DNA from: Candidatus Latescibacterota bacterium
Lineage (GTDB): Bacteria; Latescibacterota; UBA2968; UBA8231
Length of the DNA stretch: 64,000 nucleotides
Assembly (NCBI GenBank): GCA_965203355.1
Contig: OZ241889.1
Span: 1,600,001-1,664,000 of the forward strand
Reading direction: 5' to 3'
The notes below the pieces were generated by a model. It saw only the letters and a list, made by a program, of their open reading frames with translations, searched no databases and had not been told where the DNA came from. Position 1 is the first letter of the stretch, and each line of letters opens with the position of its first letter. A program made the translations under genes and the position numbers. This document shows, one piece after another, positions 18,845 to 28,216 of the stretch.

Positions 18845-19981
18845 CTAAACCTGCGTCCACGCGCCCTGGTTGTTGGACGATTGTACGGCGGCGGCGACGA
18901 ATTTCATACCGGCTACCCCCTCCTGTACGCTCGGATGCGGAAAGGCCGCGGGCACGTCCTGCTCGCCACGACGTGCGCGGATGCGCCGCTCCATGGTGGT
19001 GTGGAGGTTGGCGAGGGCCGGAAAGAAATCCTCGTGGTGTCCAGAGGGCACCCGCAAGTACGAGGCGACCGACGCGGGCAAATCGAATTCAGCGCCAATC
19101 CAGTAGGTAATGTCGCGGCCATCACCGTGGCGCACCAACAGGCATTCGGCGCGCTCTTGATGCCATTCGATAGAGCCGGTGGTGCCGAAAACGCGGAAGC
19201 CGTTGTCGTTGCGGTAGCCAACCGCGATCTGCGTGGCTGTGATCAGCGCGGTGCCGCCGTTTTCCAGCTCGCCGATCACGTTGAAGTCGTCGTCGAGTAC
19301 GCGGCCTTCGACAAAGGTGTTGAGCCGCGCCGAGACCCGCTCGATGGCCAGTCCGGTCACCCAAGTCGCGGCGATAAAGGCGTGGGTGCCAATGTCGCCG
19401 CCGCAGTTGGAAATGCCCGTGCGCGCTGGATCGGTGCGCCAAGACGCCTGCTGTTGGCCGGTCTGTTCGAGGGCTTTGGCCAGCCAGCCCTGATTGTACC
19501 AAGAAACGACCTTGCGGACTGGGCCGATTTCGCCGCTTTGAATCATTTCCTTGGCCAGCATCATCATGGGATGGCCCGTATAAGTATGGGCCAGCACAAA
19601 GGGCACCTGCTCGCGCTCGACGATTTGTGCCAAATCCTCGGCTTGGGCAACCGTCGTGGTGATGGGTTTTTCGCAGAGCACTGGGATGCCGGCCTGCAAA
19701 AAGGCTTTGGCTGGCTCGTAGTGAGCGAAGTTAGGGGTGACGATGGTGATGTAATCGAGGGCTTGCTCGCCGCTTTGCACCGACTCTAATAGCGCCTGAT
19801 AGGTGGGATAACCCGCGATGCCGTAGTCGTCGGCCGCGCGCAGGGCCGCCGCTGGGTTGGAGCGCAGCGCACCCGCGACTAATTCGCGGCTGGCATCGAG
19901 CGCGATGGCGCGGTTGTGGACCATGCCGAAAAAGGAATCAGGGCCGCCGCCGCCGATCATGCCTACTTTGAGTTTGTTCAT
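18845..19981 (-). CDS. Gfo/Idh/MocA family NAD-dependent oxidoreductase
   Basis: KVGMIGGG, IVTPNFAH, VLCEKP, WRTDP...GDIGTHA. Confidence 0.92.
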   Translation of the reverse strand: MNKLKVGMIGGGGPDSFFGMVHNRAIALDASRELVAGALRSNPAAALRAADDYGIAGYPTYQALLESVQSGEQALDYITIVTPNFAHYEPAKAFLQAGIPVLCEKPITTTVAQAEDLAQIVEREQVPFVLAHTYTGHPMMMLAKEMIQSGEIGPVRKVVSWYNQGWLAKALEQTGQQQASWRTDPARTGISNCGGDIGTHAFIAATWVTGLAIERVSARLNTFVEGRVLDDDFNVIGELENGGTALITATQIAVGYRNDNGFRVFGTTGSIEWHQERAECLLVRHGDGRDITYWIGAEFDLPASVASYLRVPSGHHEDFFPALANLHTTMERRIRARRGEQDVPAAFPHPSVQEGVAGMKFVAAAVQSSNNQGAWTQV

Positions 19982-20023
19982 GGAATTTTTTGCCCAGAAT
20001 GTATGATTGAAATACCCGCTTTT

Positions 20024-20053
20024 AACTTACGCACGAGGGCCTAAAACTGTCAA
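20024..20053 (-). promoter_or_regulatory. Putative sigma70 promoter for the Gfo/Idh/MocA gene
   Basis: TTGACA (20053-20048), 18 bp, TAAGTT. Confidence 0.45.
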
Positions 20054-20130
20054 ACGATTCGGTGCTAAAAATACATACCTGTCGCCGCTAGGTTGCCCCG
20101 GTCGTCTTGGCCGAACTAATACTGGCACTG

Positions 20131-20265
20131 TTAAAATTCTCGTCGGACTGCTTCAATGGGCCGTCGAGCGGTTCCTCGATCGGGCGTTTTCCGCGGGCGA
20201 GACTCCAGTACTACTAGGCTTTTGGGGGATCAAAAAAACAATAAGAATAATTTTAAAAACGCTTC
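20131..20265. mobile_element. MITE copy 2, inverted relative to copy 1, one end eroded
   Basis: Reverse-complement homologue of 15325-15460. Intact end AATTTTAAAAACGCTTC plus TAA overlaps the TAG stop of the 20265-20993 gene. Confidence 0.8.
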
Positions 20266-20993
20266 TAAGGCATACCGCGTCGCAACTGTTCGGCATTCAA
20301 GCCGCGGTTGAAAGCGTAGTTTTTGTAGGACAAAGTCAGCCGGACATCGCGCTGACGTATTTCCACTCGGTGCGGCAGATAGAGCGCTTGCTCGCGCCGG
20401 TATTCTTTGAGTTCGCGGAGCAGGACTTCGCCTTCGGGTAGGAGGATGCTCTCGCGCAACACCAAGCCGCGGCGCATATCCAGCCACGCCTGACGCCCGC
20501 CCGCGAGTGCGACCTTCGCCTGGTCGGCCTGCGGATACTCGACCGGCTCGACGATGGAACCGGGTTCGACGAAGCCCAGCAAGGCGTAGCGCAGGTCGCA
20601 GGAGCCCCAATCTAGCCCGGTCAGCGCGGTTAGCAGTCGGCCATGCAGGGGACCTTTTAAGGGCTGGTCCATGCCCCGGCCGTACACAGTCAGGCTGTCG
20701 CCTTCGAGGAGAGCGGTAAAGATGTGCGTAAAGAAAGGGCCGCGCACCTCGACGCGGAATAGATCTGGATTGACGAGCTGCAAGAGGGCTGTGCCCCGAG
20801 CGCGGACCTCGCCGCGTCGCAGCTCTAGGGCCGCTTCCGCCGTCAAATCCGCGAACTGTTCCAGGGTTGCCGAGGCCGCGAGCAGGGCCGCCGGTCCTTG
20901 GGTCGCATCCCAGCCTTCCCGGACCACCAGCGGCGGTGCGCAGGCTAGCGCAAGGCCGCAGAGCGCGAACCACTTTGCCCCGACGTGTATCAT
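20265..20993 (-). CDS. DUF4292/LolB-like lipoprotein
   Basis: ATG 20993 overlaps the TPR gene stop (ATGA); lipobox ALAC; FRVEVRGPF and LPHRVEI pattern; TPR gene followed by lolB-like gene is a common arrangement. Confidence 0.65.
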   Translation of the reverse strand: MIHVGAKWFALCGLALACAPPLVVREGWDATQGPAALLAASATLEQFADLTAEAALELRRGEVRARGTALLQLVNPDLFRVEVRGPFFTHIFTALLEGDSLTVYGRGMDQPLKGPLHGRLLTALTGLDWGSCDLRYALLGFVEPGSIVEPVEYPQADQAKVALAGGRQAWLDMRRGLVLRESILLPEGEVLLRELKEYRREQALYLPHRVEIRQRDVRLTLSYKNYAFNRGLNAEQLRRGMP

Positions 20994-22873
20994 GGCCGTA
21001 GCTTGCGCCGGACCTCTTCGTTGTCCGGCTCGAGTTCCAGCACCTTTTGCCAATGGGTGTGCGCCTCGTCCATTTTGCCGAGGGCGCTGGCAATGTCGCC
21101 GGCGTGGTCGAAGATCACGGCCTGCTCTTCGGGATCGCCCTCGTCCATATGTTCTAAGGCTTGTTGCAGGTAGTGTTCGGCTTGCGCTAACTCGCCGAGG
21201 CGGAAATAGGCCCAGCCGATGCTGTCGAGAAACGCGCTGTTGTCGGGTTGGAGGGCGAGCGCCTTTTCCAAGAGTGCAACCGCTTCTGTCAGCCGCACAC
21301 CTTTGTCCGCGTACATGTAGCCGAGATAGTTGAGCGCGTACGCATCGTTTGGCTCGACCTCCAACAGGCTTTGAAAGGTCTCTACGGCGCGGTCAAAGTA
21401 CTCGGCGCGGCCCAGCTTGCGCGAAGCCTGTTCGTAGCAGGCTCCGAGGTAAAAGAGTGCGCGGCTTTTGTCGTTGGCGAGGGCAACGGCCTGATTCAGC
21501 TTTTCAAGGGCTGCTTCCCAGTGCTCCAGTTCCTCTAGCGCGATGCCCCAGTGCAGAAAGGTTGGGCTGTACTCGGAATCGAGCGCGGCCGCTGTTTCGT
21601 ATTGGGCCAGCGCGTTTTCCCACTGTCCCTGCCGCCCGAGGCTGATGCCCCACCGCACGTGTAGTGCAGCGTGGCCTGGAGAAGCGGCAAGGGCTTGGCT
21701 GTAGACGGCTATTGCTTCGGCCCAAGCGTCTTGTTGCTCTAGTGCCAGCCCCCAGTACAGGTACAGATCGACCGCGTCGGGCAGATGCTCAAGGCCGCGC
21801 TGGTACACGGCGATGGCCTCGTCGTAGCGCTCGATGCTTTCGAGGGCCGTCCCCCAGTACAGGTAGATCGCGCTGCTGTCGGGCATGACCTCGGCCGCTT
21901 GGCTGAGGACCGCCGTGGCCGAGTCGTAGTCCTCCAGGTAGATGTAGTAGCGCGCTAGATCGGTCCACTGCCCGACCGTTTGGGGCTGCATCTCGACGAT
22001 GCGCTTAAAGACCAACGTGGCTTGGTCGTACTGACCGGCCTCGGACAAGGCTACGCCCAAGTGGTAGAGCACCTCGGCCCCTTCTTCGGCGAGGATGTCC
22101 TTTAGGTCGTGCTCGGTGACCATCAGGCGCGCTAAGTAGTAGGGGATGCTGCTGTCGGGTAGGTGGCCGGCGGCTTCGCGGTAGATGGCAATGGCCTCGT
22201 GGCGATGTCCCTGGGCCAGCTTGATCTCGGCCAAACCCAGCCAAGCGTCCTCGACCATAGGGTCGGCCGCGAGGACTCGGCGATAGATGCGCTCGGCTTC
22301 TTTTTGCTGGTCAATGCGCGCAAAAATGCTGGCGATATCCACCTTGACCTCCGGTGGTACGCGCTCTTGGACGAGCACCTTCTTGAGGAGCGGAGCAACG
22401 CGCTCGGTTTGGCCCGTTTCAAAGTAGAGATAGGCCAAGTGGCGGTAGAGCGGCCAGTTGTCTGGCTCGTAGCGCAGTAACTCTTCAATGTGAGCGATGG
22501 CCCCTTCGCGGTCGCCATCGCTCTCCAAGATGCGAATCAGCAACCGGCGCAACCGCACTTGGCTACCGTCCAATGCCAAGCCCTTGAGGGCAAAATGGAC
22601 GGCCATGTGGGGGTCGTCAATGCGCTGGTAATTGTAAGCGAGGCGGGCGTAGATGGTGGGCGAGGTCGGGTCGAGGTCGGCCGCGTTGCGCAGGGCGACT
22701 ATGGCGCCGAGATAGTTGTGTTGCGCTTCAAAGACCTTGGCCTTGACGAAGTACTGCATGGCTTGGTCGGCGGCCGTCGGCTCGGCCGAAGTAGGCGCAT
22801 TAGGCCCCCGCAGGGCCGCGCAGCCGCCCACGGACAGCGCTAGGACGCAGACTAGGGGGAGGGCATTTTTCAT
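20990..22873 (-). CDS. Tetratricopeptide-repeat lipoprotein
   Basis: Lipobox VGGC; many TPRs; ALNYLGYMYAD...AFLDSIGWAYF...IFDHAGD C-terminus. Confidence 0.9.
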   Translation of the reverse strand: MKNALPLVCVLALSVGGCAALRGPNAPTSAEPTAADQAMQYFVKAKVFEAQHNYLGAIVALRNAADLDPTSPTIYARLAYNYQRIDDPHMAVHFALKGLALDGSQVRLRRLLIRILESDGDREGAIAHIEELLRYEPDNWPLYRHLAYLYFETGQTERVAPLLKKVLVQERVPPEVKVDIASIFARIDQQKEAERIYRRVLAADPMVEDAWLGLAEIKLAQGHRHEAIAIYREAAGHLPDSSIPYYLARLMVTEHDLKDILAEEGAEVLYHLGVALSEAGQYDQATLVFKRIVEMQPQTVGQWTDLARYYIYLEDYDSATAVLSQAAEVMPDSSAIYLYWGTALESIERYDEAIAVYQRGLEHLPDAVDLYLYWGLALEQQDAWAEAIAVYSQALAASPGHAALHVRWGISLGRQGQWENALAQYETAAALDSEYSPTFLHWGIALEELEHWEAALEKLNQAVALANDKSRALFYLGACYEQASRKLGRAEYFDRAVETFQSLLEVEPNDAYALNYLGYMYADKGVRLTEAVALLEKALALQPDNSAFLDSIGWAYFRLGELAQAEHYLQQALEHMDEGDPEEQAVIFDHAGDIASALGKMDEAHTHWQKVLELEPDNEEVRRKLRP

Positions 22874-22887
22874 CTTTCAACGCCCCA

Positions 22888-23736
22888 TCAGGTAATTTTC
22901 GGATCCAAGGCGTCTCTCAGCCCGTCGCCAAAGAGGTTGATTGCTAAGACGACTGCGAAGATGGCCAGGCCGGGAAAGGCCATGACCCAAGGTGCTTGCA
23001 AGAGCAATTCGCGTCCACCGGACAGCATAGCTCCCCACTCAGGGGTCGGCGGCTGGGCGCCCAAGCCCAAAAAGCTCAACCCGGCCGCGTCGAGGATGGC
23101 CGTGCCCAAGCTGAGCGTGGCTTGCACGATGAGCGGGACCGTGCAGTTGGGCAAGATGCTGTAGAACAGCAGCCGCGACTCGCGTGCCCCCAACGCGCGT
23201 GCGGCTTCGACGTAGGTGGCCTCGCGCACGGTCAGCACGGACGAGCGCATAAGGCGGGCAAATTGCGGTACTAACACGATGCTGACGGCGAGAATGGCAT
23301 GGTCGATGCTCGGCCCGAGGACCGCGACGATGGCAATGGCCAAGAGGATGCTGGGAAACGCCAGCATCAGGTCCATCAGCCGCATGATGAGCATGTCGGC
23401 GATCCCGCCGCGATACCCGGCCACGAGGCCGAGCAAGGTGCCAGCGGAAGCGGCCAGCGCGATGGCGACTAGCCCGATTCGCAACGAGATGCGTGCGCCG
23501 TACACGATGCGGCTGAAGATGTCGCGGCCAAAGTCGTCCGTGCCCAGCCAGTGGCTAGCCGACGGGGGCTGCAAGCGCGCGTAGAGGTCTTGCGCCAGCG
23601 GATCGTACGGGGCCAATAGCGGGGCTAGCAGCGCGACTACAACCGCGCCGACCAAGACGCCGCCGCCGACCAGCGCAAGCCGCTGTTTGCCGAGCCGCCG
23701 CAGTTCGCTGGTGACGGGTGAAAGTATCTCGAGCAT
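22888..23736 (-). CDS. dppC: Peptide ABC transporter permease (DppC-like)
   Basis: HWLGTDDFGRD, YVEAARALGA, LSFLGLGAQPPTPEWG, GDGLRDALDP. Confidence 0.92.
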   Translation of the reverse strand: MLEILSPVTSELRRLGKQRLALVGGGVLVGAVVVALLAPLLAPYDPLAQDLYARLQPPSASHWLGTDDFGRDIFSRIVYGARISLRIGLVAIALAASAGTLLGLVAGYRGGIADMLIMRLMDLMLAFPSILLAIAIVAVLGPSIDHAILAVSIVLVPQFARLMRSSVLTVREATYVEAARALGARESRLLFYSILPNCTVPLIVQATLSLGTAILDAAGLSFLGLGAQPPTPEWGAMLSGGRELLLQAPWVMAFPGLAIFAVVLAINLFGDGLRDALDPKIT

Positions 23737-23742
23737 GGCAAG

Positions 23743-25926
23743 TTAACTAGGCTCTAGCACTAATACGCCCAGCGGCGGCAGGTGCAACCGCGCCGAATGC
23801 GGCTGGCCGTGGCAGGCGGCTTGTTCGGTATGCACCCAGCCACCGTGCCCCACGCCGCTGCCGCCGTAGATTTCAGCGTCGCTGTTGAGCACCTCGCGAT
23901 ACGGCCCGGCGACCGGCAACCCGAGCCGGTAGTTTGCGCGGGGGACCGGGGTGAAATTGCACGCGAAGATCAGGGGTTTTTCGCCTTTGGCGCGGCGCGT
24001 AAAAGCCGCGACGCTCTGCGCGGCGTCCGAGCAGTCGATCCATTCAAAACCATCGGGATACGCATCGGTGCGGTGCAAGGCGGCGCAGCGGCGATAGAGT
24101 TGGTTGAGGTCGCAGAGCCAGCGATAGACGCCGCGATGGCGCTCGTCGTCGAGTAAGTGCCAGTGTAGTTCGCTTTGGTGATCCCATTCTGCCCACTGGG
24201 CCAGTTCGGCCCCCATAAACAGCAGTTTTTTGCCTGGGTGCCCGTACATAAAACCGTAGAGCAAGCGCAAGTTGGCCCGTTGCTGCCAAGCGTCGCCGGG
24301 CATTTTGCTTAGGAGCGAGCGCTTGCCGTGTACCACCTCGTCGTGCGACAGCGGCAACACGAAGTTTTCGCAATAGGCGTAGAGCATGCCAAAGGTCAGG
24401 TCGGATTGGTGGTGGCGGCGGTGGATCGGGTCGCGCTGCATGTAGCGCAACACATCGTTCATCCAGCCCATGTTCCACTTGAAGCCAAAGCCGAGGCCGC
24501 CGCTGTGAACGGGTCGGGAGACCTGCGGCCAAGCCGTTGACTCCTCGGCGATCATCAAGGCCCCGGGGCAATGCTCGCCGATGGCTGTGTTGAGCTGGCG
24601 GAGGAAGGCGATGGCTTCGAGGTTTTCGCGCCCACCATAGGCGTTGGGCACCCATTCCCCTTCCAAGCGCGAGTAGTCGAGGTAGAGCATGGAGGCCACG
24701 GCATCGACCCGCAGGCCGTCGAGGTGAAAGCGTTCGAGCCAAAACAGGGCGTTGGAAATGAGAAAGGAGCGGACTTCGGCGCGGCCATAGTTGAATATGC
24801 AGGTCTGCCAATCGGGATGTCGCCCTTGGCGCGGGTCGCGGTGTTCGTAGAGGTTGGTGCCGTCGAAGTGGGCCAAGCCGTGGGCGTCGCTGGGAAAGTG
24901 CGCGGGCACCCAATCGAGAATCACGCCGATTTCGTGGCGATGGCAGCAGTCGATGAAATAAGCGAAATCTTCGGGGCGGCCAAAGCGCGCACTCGGAGCG
25001 AAATACCCGGTTCCTTGATAGCCCCACGAGCCGTCGAAGGGATGCTCGGCCACCGGCATCAGTTCGATGTGGGTAAAGCCCAGTGCGGCCACGTGGGCGA
25101 CCAACTGGTGAGCCAGCGTGCGATAGTCGAGATAGGCACTGCCGTTGCGACGCCAAGAGCCGAGATGCACTTCGTAGATGGCGACGGGTGCTTCCGCCCA
25201 GTTGCGCTCTGGTCGCACGGCCATCCATGCGTCGTCGTGCCAGGCAAACGCATTGCTTTGGCCGACGGCGGAAGCGGTGCGCGGCGGTTGCTCGGTGGCA
25301 AAGGCAACGGGATCGCTTTTGAGCAGCACGGTGCCAGCGCGACTGAGGATTTCGTACTTGTAGAGTGCGCCCGCGCCCACCGCCGGGACGAACAGTTCCC
25401 AGACCCCGGACGCGCCTAGCGAGCGCATGCAGTGCCGCCGACCGTCCCAGCCGTTGAAATCGCCGACCACGCTGACCCGGCGGGCACTCGGTGCCCACAC
25501 CGCGAAGTACGTGCCCTCGGCTCCGTCGATGCAGCGCGGATGCGCCCCCAGCACTTCATAGACGCGGTAGTGCGTTCCTTCGTTGAAGAGGTGTTGGTCG
25601 TGGGGCGCGAGTTGCGGCCAGAACGAGTACGGATCGCGGCAGCAGCGCACCGCGCCCTGCGCGTCGGTTATCTTTAAATGGTACGCGAAGGGCGTACTGC
25701 GGCCGACAATCCGCGCCTCGAACAGCCCTTCGGCGTGAGTCTTGGTCGCTGGAAAACTCGCGCCTAGTCCCCCTCGCTCCACGACCTGTACGCTCGCGGC
25801 CTCGGGCAAGAACGTGCGCACGACCCATCCGTCGTCTAACGGGTGCATACCCAAAGCCGAGAACACATCGGCGCATTCGCCGCGGACAAGAGGCTCTATG
25901 ATTTGCGGCGCAAGGGTTGTCTGCAT
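23743..25926 (-). CDS. glgB: 1,4-alpha-glucan branching enzyme
   Basis: [49 protein letters not shown]. Confidence 0.97.
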   Translation of the reverse strand: MQTTLAPQIIEPLVRGECADVFSALGMHPLDDGWVVRTFLPEAASVQVVERGGLGASFPATKTHAEGLFEARIVGRSTPFAYHLKITDAQGAVRCCRDPYSFWPQLAPHDQHLFNEGTHYRVYEVLGAHPRCIDGAEGTYFAVWAPSARRVSVVGDFNGWDGRRHCMRSLGASGVWELFVPAVGAGALYKYEILSRAGTVLLKSDPVAFATEQPPRTASAVGQSNAFAWHDDAWMAVRPERNWAEAPVAIYEVHLGSWRRNGSAYLDYRTLAHQLVAHVAALGFTHIELMPVAEHPFDGSWGYQGTGYFAPSARFGRPEDFAYFIDCCHRHEIGVILDWVPAHFPSDAHGLAHFDGTNLYEHRDPRQGRHPDWQTCIFNYGRAEVRSFLISNALFWLERFHLDGLRVDAVASMLYLDYSRLEGEWVPNAYGGRENLEAIAFLRQLNTAIGEHCPGALMIAEESTAWPQVSRPVHSGGLGFGFKWNMGWMNDVLRYMQRDPIHRRHHQSDLTFGMLYAYCENFVLPLSHDEVVHGKRSLLSKMPGDAWQQRANLRLLYGFMYGHPGKKLLFMGAELAQWAEWDHQSELHWHLLDDERHRGVYRWLCDLNQLYRRCAALHRTDAYPDGFEWIDCSDAAQSVAAFTRRAKGEKPLIFACNFTPVPRANYRLGLPVAGPYREVLNSDAEIYGGSGVGHGGWVHTEQAACHGQPHSARLHLPPLGVLVLEPS

Positions 25927-26072
25927 GGTCGCATTCGCTCAGCGTTGGACATGCAAGAGAAGATAGGTCAATATGGGAGAAAGGTATAGGGCGGGCTGTG
26001 CTAGATGGCACTTAGCCCTGCTTTTTGGCAGATAGGTTATATTTTCTTACGCACCGGGGCTTTAGGTGTGAG

Positions 26073-27449
26073 ATGATTCGACTGGCAGCACCGGAACCTC
26101 CCGACCCACTTCGACTATTGGACGAGAAAATCGCTACTTCCGGCTGGGGGCTATACCCGCTCGTCGCCGCCTCGGTTCAGCGGGCGCGCTATCTAAGCGA
26201 CCTCGGTCGCGCGGCCGCGACTCGGATTTTGCCCCAGGGCAATTGCCGCTCCTACGGCGACGCCTGCCTGTACGAGCGCGTCGTCTCCACGCTGCACCTC
26301 AAGCACCTGCTCGACTTTGATCCGCAGCGCGGGCTGTTGCGCGCCCAAGCCGGCATTACCTTTGCGGAGATCATCCGCTTTGCCCTGCCCCAAGGCTTTT
26401 TTCCACCCGTTACGCCGGGGACCAAGTTCCCCACGCTCGGCGGCTGCATTGCCGCCGATGTACACGGCAAAAACCACCACGCCGAGGGATCTATTGCTTC
26501 CTTTGTCGAAACGCTGGACATGGTGTTGGCCGATGGCTCGCTTGTGCGCTGCTCGCGCACCGAGTGCGCCGACCTGTTTTGGGCCACGCTCGGCGGCATG
26601 GGCTTGACGGGATTTATCTATGCGGCGACGCTGCGGCTAAAAAAGGTGCCGTCGGCGTATCTTCGGCAGCGTGCCATTAAGACCGCGAATTGGGCCGAGA
26701 CGTGCCGCGTCTGTACGGAGACGCAGCATCAGTACACCTATTCGGTCGCGTGGGTCGATGGCTTGCAAACGGGCCGGAAGTTAGGGCGCGGTCGCGTACT
26801 GCTCGGGGAACACGCCGAGGCGCGCCAACTCAAGGGCAAGCAGCCCTTTGCCCTCGGCGGCGAGGGACGCTGGGCCGTGCCGTTTTTCTTGCCCGGCGGC
26901 GTGCTCAATGCCAAGTCCCTGAAGGCATTTAACGCGCTCTATTATCACCGCCAAGTGCGCCGGGCGACCGATGCGCTGGTTCACTACGACCCGTATTTCT
27001 ATCCGCTCGACGCCATCGGCAACTGGAACCGCCTGTACGGCCGCCGGGGCTTTTTGCAGTACCAAGTCGCCGTGCCCTATGCTGATGGCGCGGAAGTGAT
27101 CGCCGACCTGCTCGGGCGCATCGCCCGCGCCGGGGTGGCTTCGTCGTTGGCCGTGCTCAAGACCTTTGGGCCACCGAGCGCGGGCTTGCTTTCTTTTCCC
27201 ATTGCGGGTTATACCCTCGCGCTGGACATCCCCTTGCGCGATGGCGGGACGATTCCCTTCTTGCGTGCATTGAACAAAATCATCGTCGAAGCCAAAGGCC
27301 GCGTCTATCTGGCCAAGGACGCCATTTTGGAAAGGGAGGATTTCGCTGTCATGTATCCGCAACTGGAACAATTCAAAGCGGTCAAACGCAAATACGACCC
27401 GGAATGCCGCTTCCGCTCTTGTTTGTCCGACCGCTTGGGGATTACGTGA
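26073..27449 (+). CDS. FAD-binding oxidoreductase, DprE1-like
   Basis: GNCRSYGDA, PVTPGTKFPTLGGCIAADVHGKNHH, WNRLYGRRGFLQYQ, RVYLAKD; start could lie further upstream (26025). Confidence 0.88.
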   Translation: MIRLAAPEPPDPLRLLDEKIATSGWGLYPLVAASVQRARYLSDLGRAAATRILPQGNCRSYGDACLYERVVSTLHLKHLLDFDPQRGLLRAQAGITFAEIIRFALPQGFFPPVTPGTKFPTLGGCIAADVHGKNHHAEGSIASFVETLDMVLADGSLVRCSRTECADLFWATLGGMGLTGFIYAATLRLKKVPSAYLRQRAIKTANWAETCRVCTETQHQYTYSVAWVDGLQTGRKLGRGRVLLGEHAEARQLKGKQPFALGGEGRWAVPFFLPGGVLNAKSLKAFNALYYHRQVRRATDALVHYDPYFYPLDAIGNWNRLYGRRGFLQYQVAVPYADGAEVIADLLGRIARAGVASSLAVLKTFGPPSAGLLSFPIAGYTLALDIPLRDGGTIPFLRALNKIIVEAKGRVYLAKDAILEREDFAVMYPQLEQFKAVKRKYDPECRFRSCLSDRLGIT

Positions 27450-28177
27450 GGGCCTTGGTTTTGGGGGCGAAGTCGGCGATTGCCCAAGCTATCGTCGAGC
27501 GCCTCGACGGCTGGGACTTTGCGCTGGCTGCCCGCGGGTCCCGCGCGCTGGAGCCTTTTGCGGCGGACTTGCGACTCAGACGCGCCTGCCGAGTGGAACT
27601 GTTCGAGTTCGACGCCTTGGACTTTGCGGCGTTGGCGCGCTTGCCGCAGCAGGTTCACGCGCGCGGCGGCCCCTTCGACTTGGTCGTCCTCGCCTTCGGC
27701 TATCTCGGCGACGAGCGCACCGCGCAGCGCGATGCCGAGGAGCTAGCGCACATCCTCAACGCCAATTTCACCGGCGCGGCCATTGCGCTGGCGCATTTGG
27801 CTAATTATCTGGAGGAAAGGGGTGCGCCGACTGGCATCATCGCCATTTCGTCTGTGGCTGGCGACCGAGGCCGTCAGGGCAATTACGCGTATGGTTCGGC
27901 TAAGGGAGGGCTGTCGATTTTCTTGCAAGGATTGCGCCATCGGCTGGCCGCGACGTCCGTACACGTGCTGACAGTCAAGCCTGGGTTCGTCGATACACCT
28001 ATGACGGAAGGGCTAGAGGGGTTGTTTTTGGTCGCTTCGCCGGAGCGAGTAGCTGCCGACATCGTGCGCGCTTATCGGCAAAAGAAAGACGTGCTCTACA
28101 CGCCGTTTTTTTGGCGCTGGATCATGCTCGGGATCAAGAGCATCCCCGAGCGCATTTTTAAGAGGCTGAAGTTGTGA
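27446..28177 (+). CDS. Short-chain dehydrogenase, DprE2-like
   Basis: GTGA overlap with the upstream gene; LGAKSAIA, SSVAGDRGR, YGSAK, VKPGFVDT. Confidence 0.88.
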   Translation: MRALVLGAKSAIAQAIVERLDGWDFALAARGSRALEPFAADLRLRRACRVELFEFDALDFAALARLPQQVHARGGPFDLVVLAFGYLGDERTAQRDAEELAHILNANFTGAAIALAHLANYLEERGAPTGIIAISSVAGDRGRQGNYAYGSAKGGLSIFLQGLRHRLAATSVHVLTVKPGFVDTPMTEGLEGLFLVASPERVAADIVRAYRQKKDVLYTPFFWRWIMLGIKSIPERIFKRLKL

Positions 28178-28187
28178 CGCGATGATA

Positions 28188-28209
28188 CAGTGGTCACTGA
28201 CCACTAACC
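28188..28209. repeat. Minimal heptamer hairpin, copy C
   Basis: CAGTGGTCACTGACCACTAACC. Confidence 0.55.
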
Positions 28210-28216
28210 TAGCACT

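Noticed and set aside
15617-20135. IS6-like GGCACTGTTAAA at 20124 and its reverse complement at 15617
   Set aside because: Only 12 bp, oriented away from the enclosed DNA, no transposase, and the 15617 copy also forms a local hairpin. Too weak to call an element.
24044-25498. Long Arg/Pro-rich overlapping ORFs here and throughout the track (e.g. 14529-15542, 18770-19789, 44197-45138, 54233-55159)
   Set aside because: Shadow or antisense frames typical of GC-rich DNA; each overlaps a gene with clear family motifs.
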